This document shows, piece by piece, positions 63,001 through 64,000 of a stretch of 64,000 nucleotides of DNA. Position 1 is the stretch's first letter. Each line of letters opens with the position of its first letter. The notes beneath the pieces were generated by a model that made no database searches, was not told the DNA's origin, and worked only from the letters and a program-made list of their open reading frames with translations. The DNA is from Scyliorhinus canicula (Eukaryota). The DNA lies in assembly GCF_902713615.1 (NCBI RefSeq), contig NC_052151.1:157189050-157253049 (forward strand), written 5' to 3'. The position numbers were made by a program, and so were the translations under genes.

Positions 63001-63950
63001 TCTTGGGCTTCCAGCTTCTCCTCTTGGGCTTCCAGTTTCTCCTCTGCTCTGCCCAGGGCATGCTGGACCTCCGCCAGGGCCTTGGCCATTGCTGCCTGCA
63101 CTGCGGCCTCTATGTCCGCTCTGGCCTCTGCCTTGTTTTCCTGCTGATGTTCCCTCAGCGCCTTGGCAAAGGCTGCCTTCCAGTTCCAGATCCCTCCTGG
63201 CCCAGGGGGGAAATGCTCCTGTCTGCCCAGCTCTTTTTGTTGCGGCGAACCTTCCGTTCCGCCGCTTCATGCGCTGATTAGCTCATCTGAACGAGCTCAC
63301 ACATTGCCCCGTCTGCTTGTGGTGCCCTTTCTCCCTCAGCTTTGGCTCCCTTCTGGCATTTTTTTCCCCTCCCCATTTTATTTTTTCTTTTCTTTCCCCC
63401 TATTTTCCCCCCTTTTTCTTTTCCCCTCCCTTCTCTCCTTTACCACTTTTGTTTATAAAATTCTTTTCAAGAAAATTAGTTTTTTTTTAAAAAGTGAAAA
63501 CATTTCTTTTTCTTTAAAAGTTTTCTTTTCAAAGTTTTTTTTTGAAAAAGGGGAAGTTTTTTTTTCTTTTCCCTCACTCACCCAGGGTCGAGAGAGAGGC
63601 TTCTGGTTGGGCCGGGAGTCCCTCTTTGTTCCACCGTCTGCATTGCGGTGGTCGCTGCCGGGGGGCGGGGGAGGGGGGTCGGTCCTTGCTGCTGGCTCGG
63701 TCCCTGCTGCTGGCTGGGTCCCCGCTTTGGTCTGGGCCGCCGCTCATCTTACACCGCGCTCTCCTGCCGGGGTGGGGGGGGGGAGGGGGTCGTCGGTCAT
63801 TCCTGCTGGCTCAGTCCCCACTTTGGTCTGGGTCGGCGCTCGTCCTGCCCTGCGCTCTGCTGCCGTGCGTAGGGGGAGCGCGGGGGGGGGGGGGGGAGGG
63901 GGCGCTGGATCGCTCCGTTCCCCTGAGTGCCCAGGTCACCCGCTTTAATG
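60018..63950 (-). mobile_element. L1-clade LINE 5' half (GC-rich 5' UTR, ORF1, ORF2 endonuclease)
   Basis: ORF1 coiled coil and GLPEGIEG...LYPAKLWVTY; endonuclease IVFLQETHL, YTRIDFF, ISDHAP; disrupted frames. Confidence 0.9.
60840..61158 (+). mobile_element. V-SINE ((ATT)n tail) inserted in the L1 endonuclease
   Basis: Head, core and tail; splits the L1 motif APVVLVNVY. Confidence 0.9.
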
Positions 63951-64000
63951 AGCTTTGGAGTCCGGGTTTTTCTTTGTCCCCACTCTCTTGTTGTGGGGGG

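Noticed and set aside
61701-63948. Pro/Gly/Phe-rich ORFs
   Set aside because: Low-complexity frames of the L1 spacer and 5' UTR.
46775-64000. Native CFTR gene starting here, head-to-head with the DCX gene
   Set aside because: Exon 1 is enclosed by TIRs and a TSD inside a CR1 inside a Gypsy RT; no exon 2 or ASZ1 exons were recognised. Not formally excluded without a genome search, since CFTR intron 1 can be long.

Overview
Repeat-dense eukaryotic genomic DNA, almost certainly from a cartilaginous fish (V-SINE/HE1-type and Deu-type SINEs, CR1/L1/Penelope retroelements, shark-type CFTR N-terminus); catshark-like is an inference. Host coding sequence is limited to two minus-strand exons of a DCDC2-family doublecortin gene (10190-9904, 4840-4792), plus possible upstream exons near 36.9-37.2 kb. 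The rest is mostly nested transposons: L1-like and CR1/L2-type LINEs, Penelope elements with hammerhead-like motifs, Mag-like and Gmr1-like Gypsy elements, solo LTRs, PIF/Harbinger and hAT non-autonomous elements. Main finding: an intact CFTR exon 1 (MQRSPIEKTNAFSKLFFR|gtaagc) with flanking DNA lies inside a 2227-bp hAT-type element (TIRs plus 8-bp TSD). That element sits in a young CR1, which in turn interrupts a Gypsy RT motif. This looks like a Pack-hAT carrying a CFTR promoter/first-exon module rather than the native CFTR locus. Boundaries of degraded repeats are approximate. All family assignments come from manual reading and recalled motifs, not database searches.
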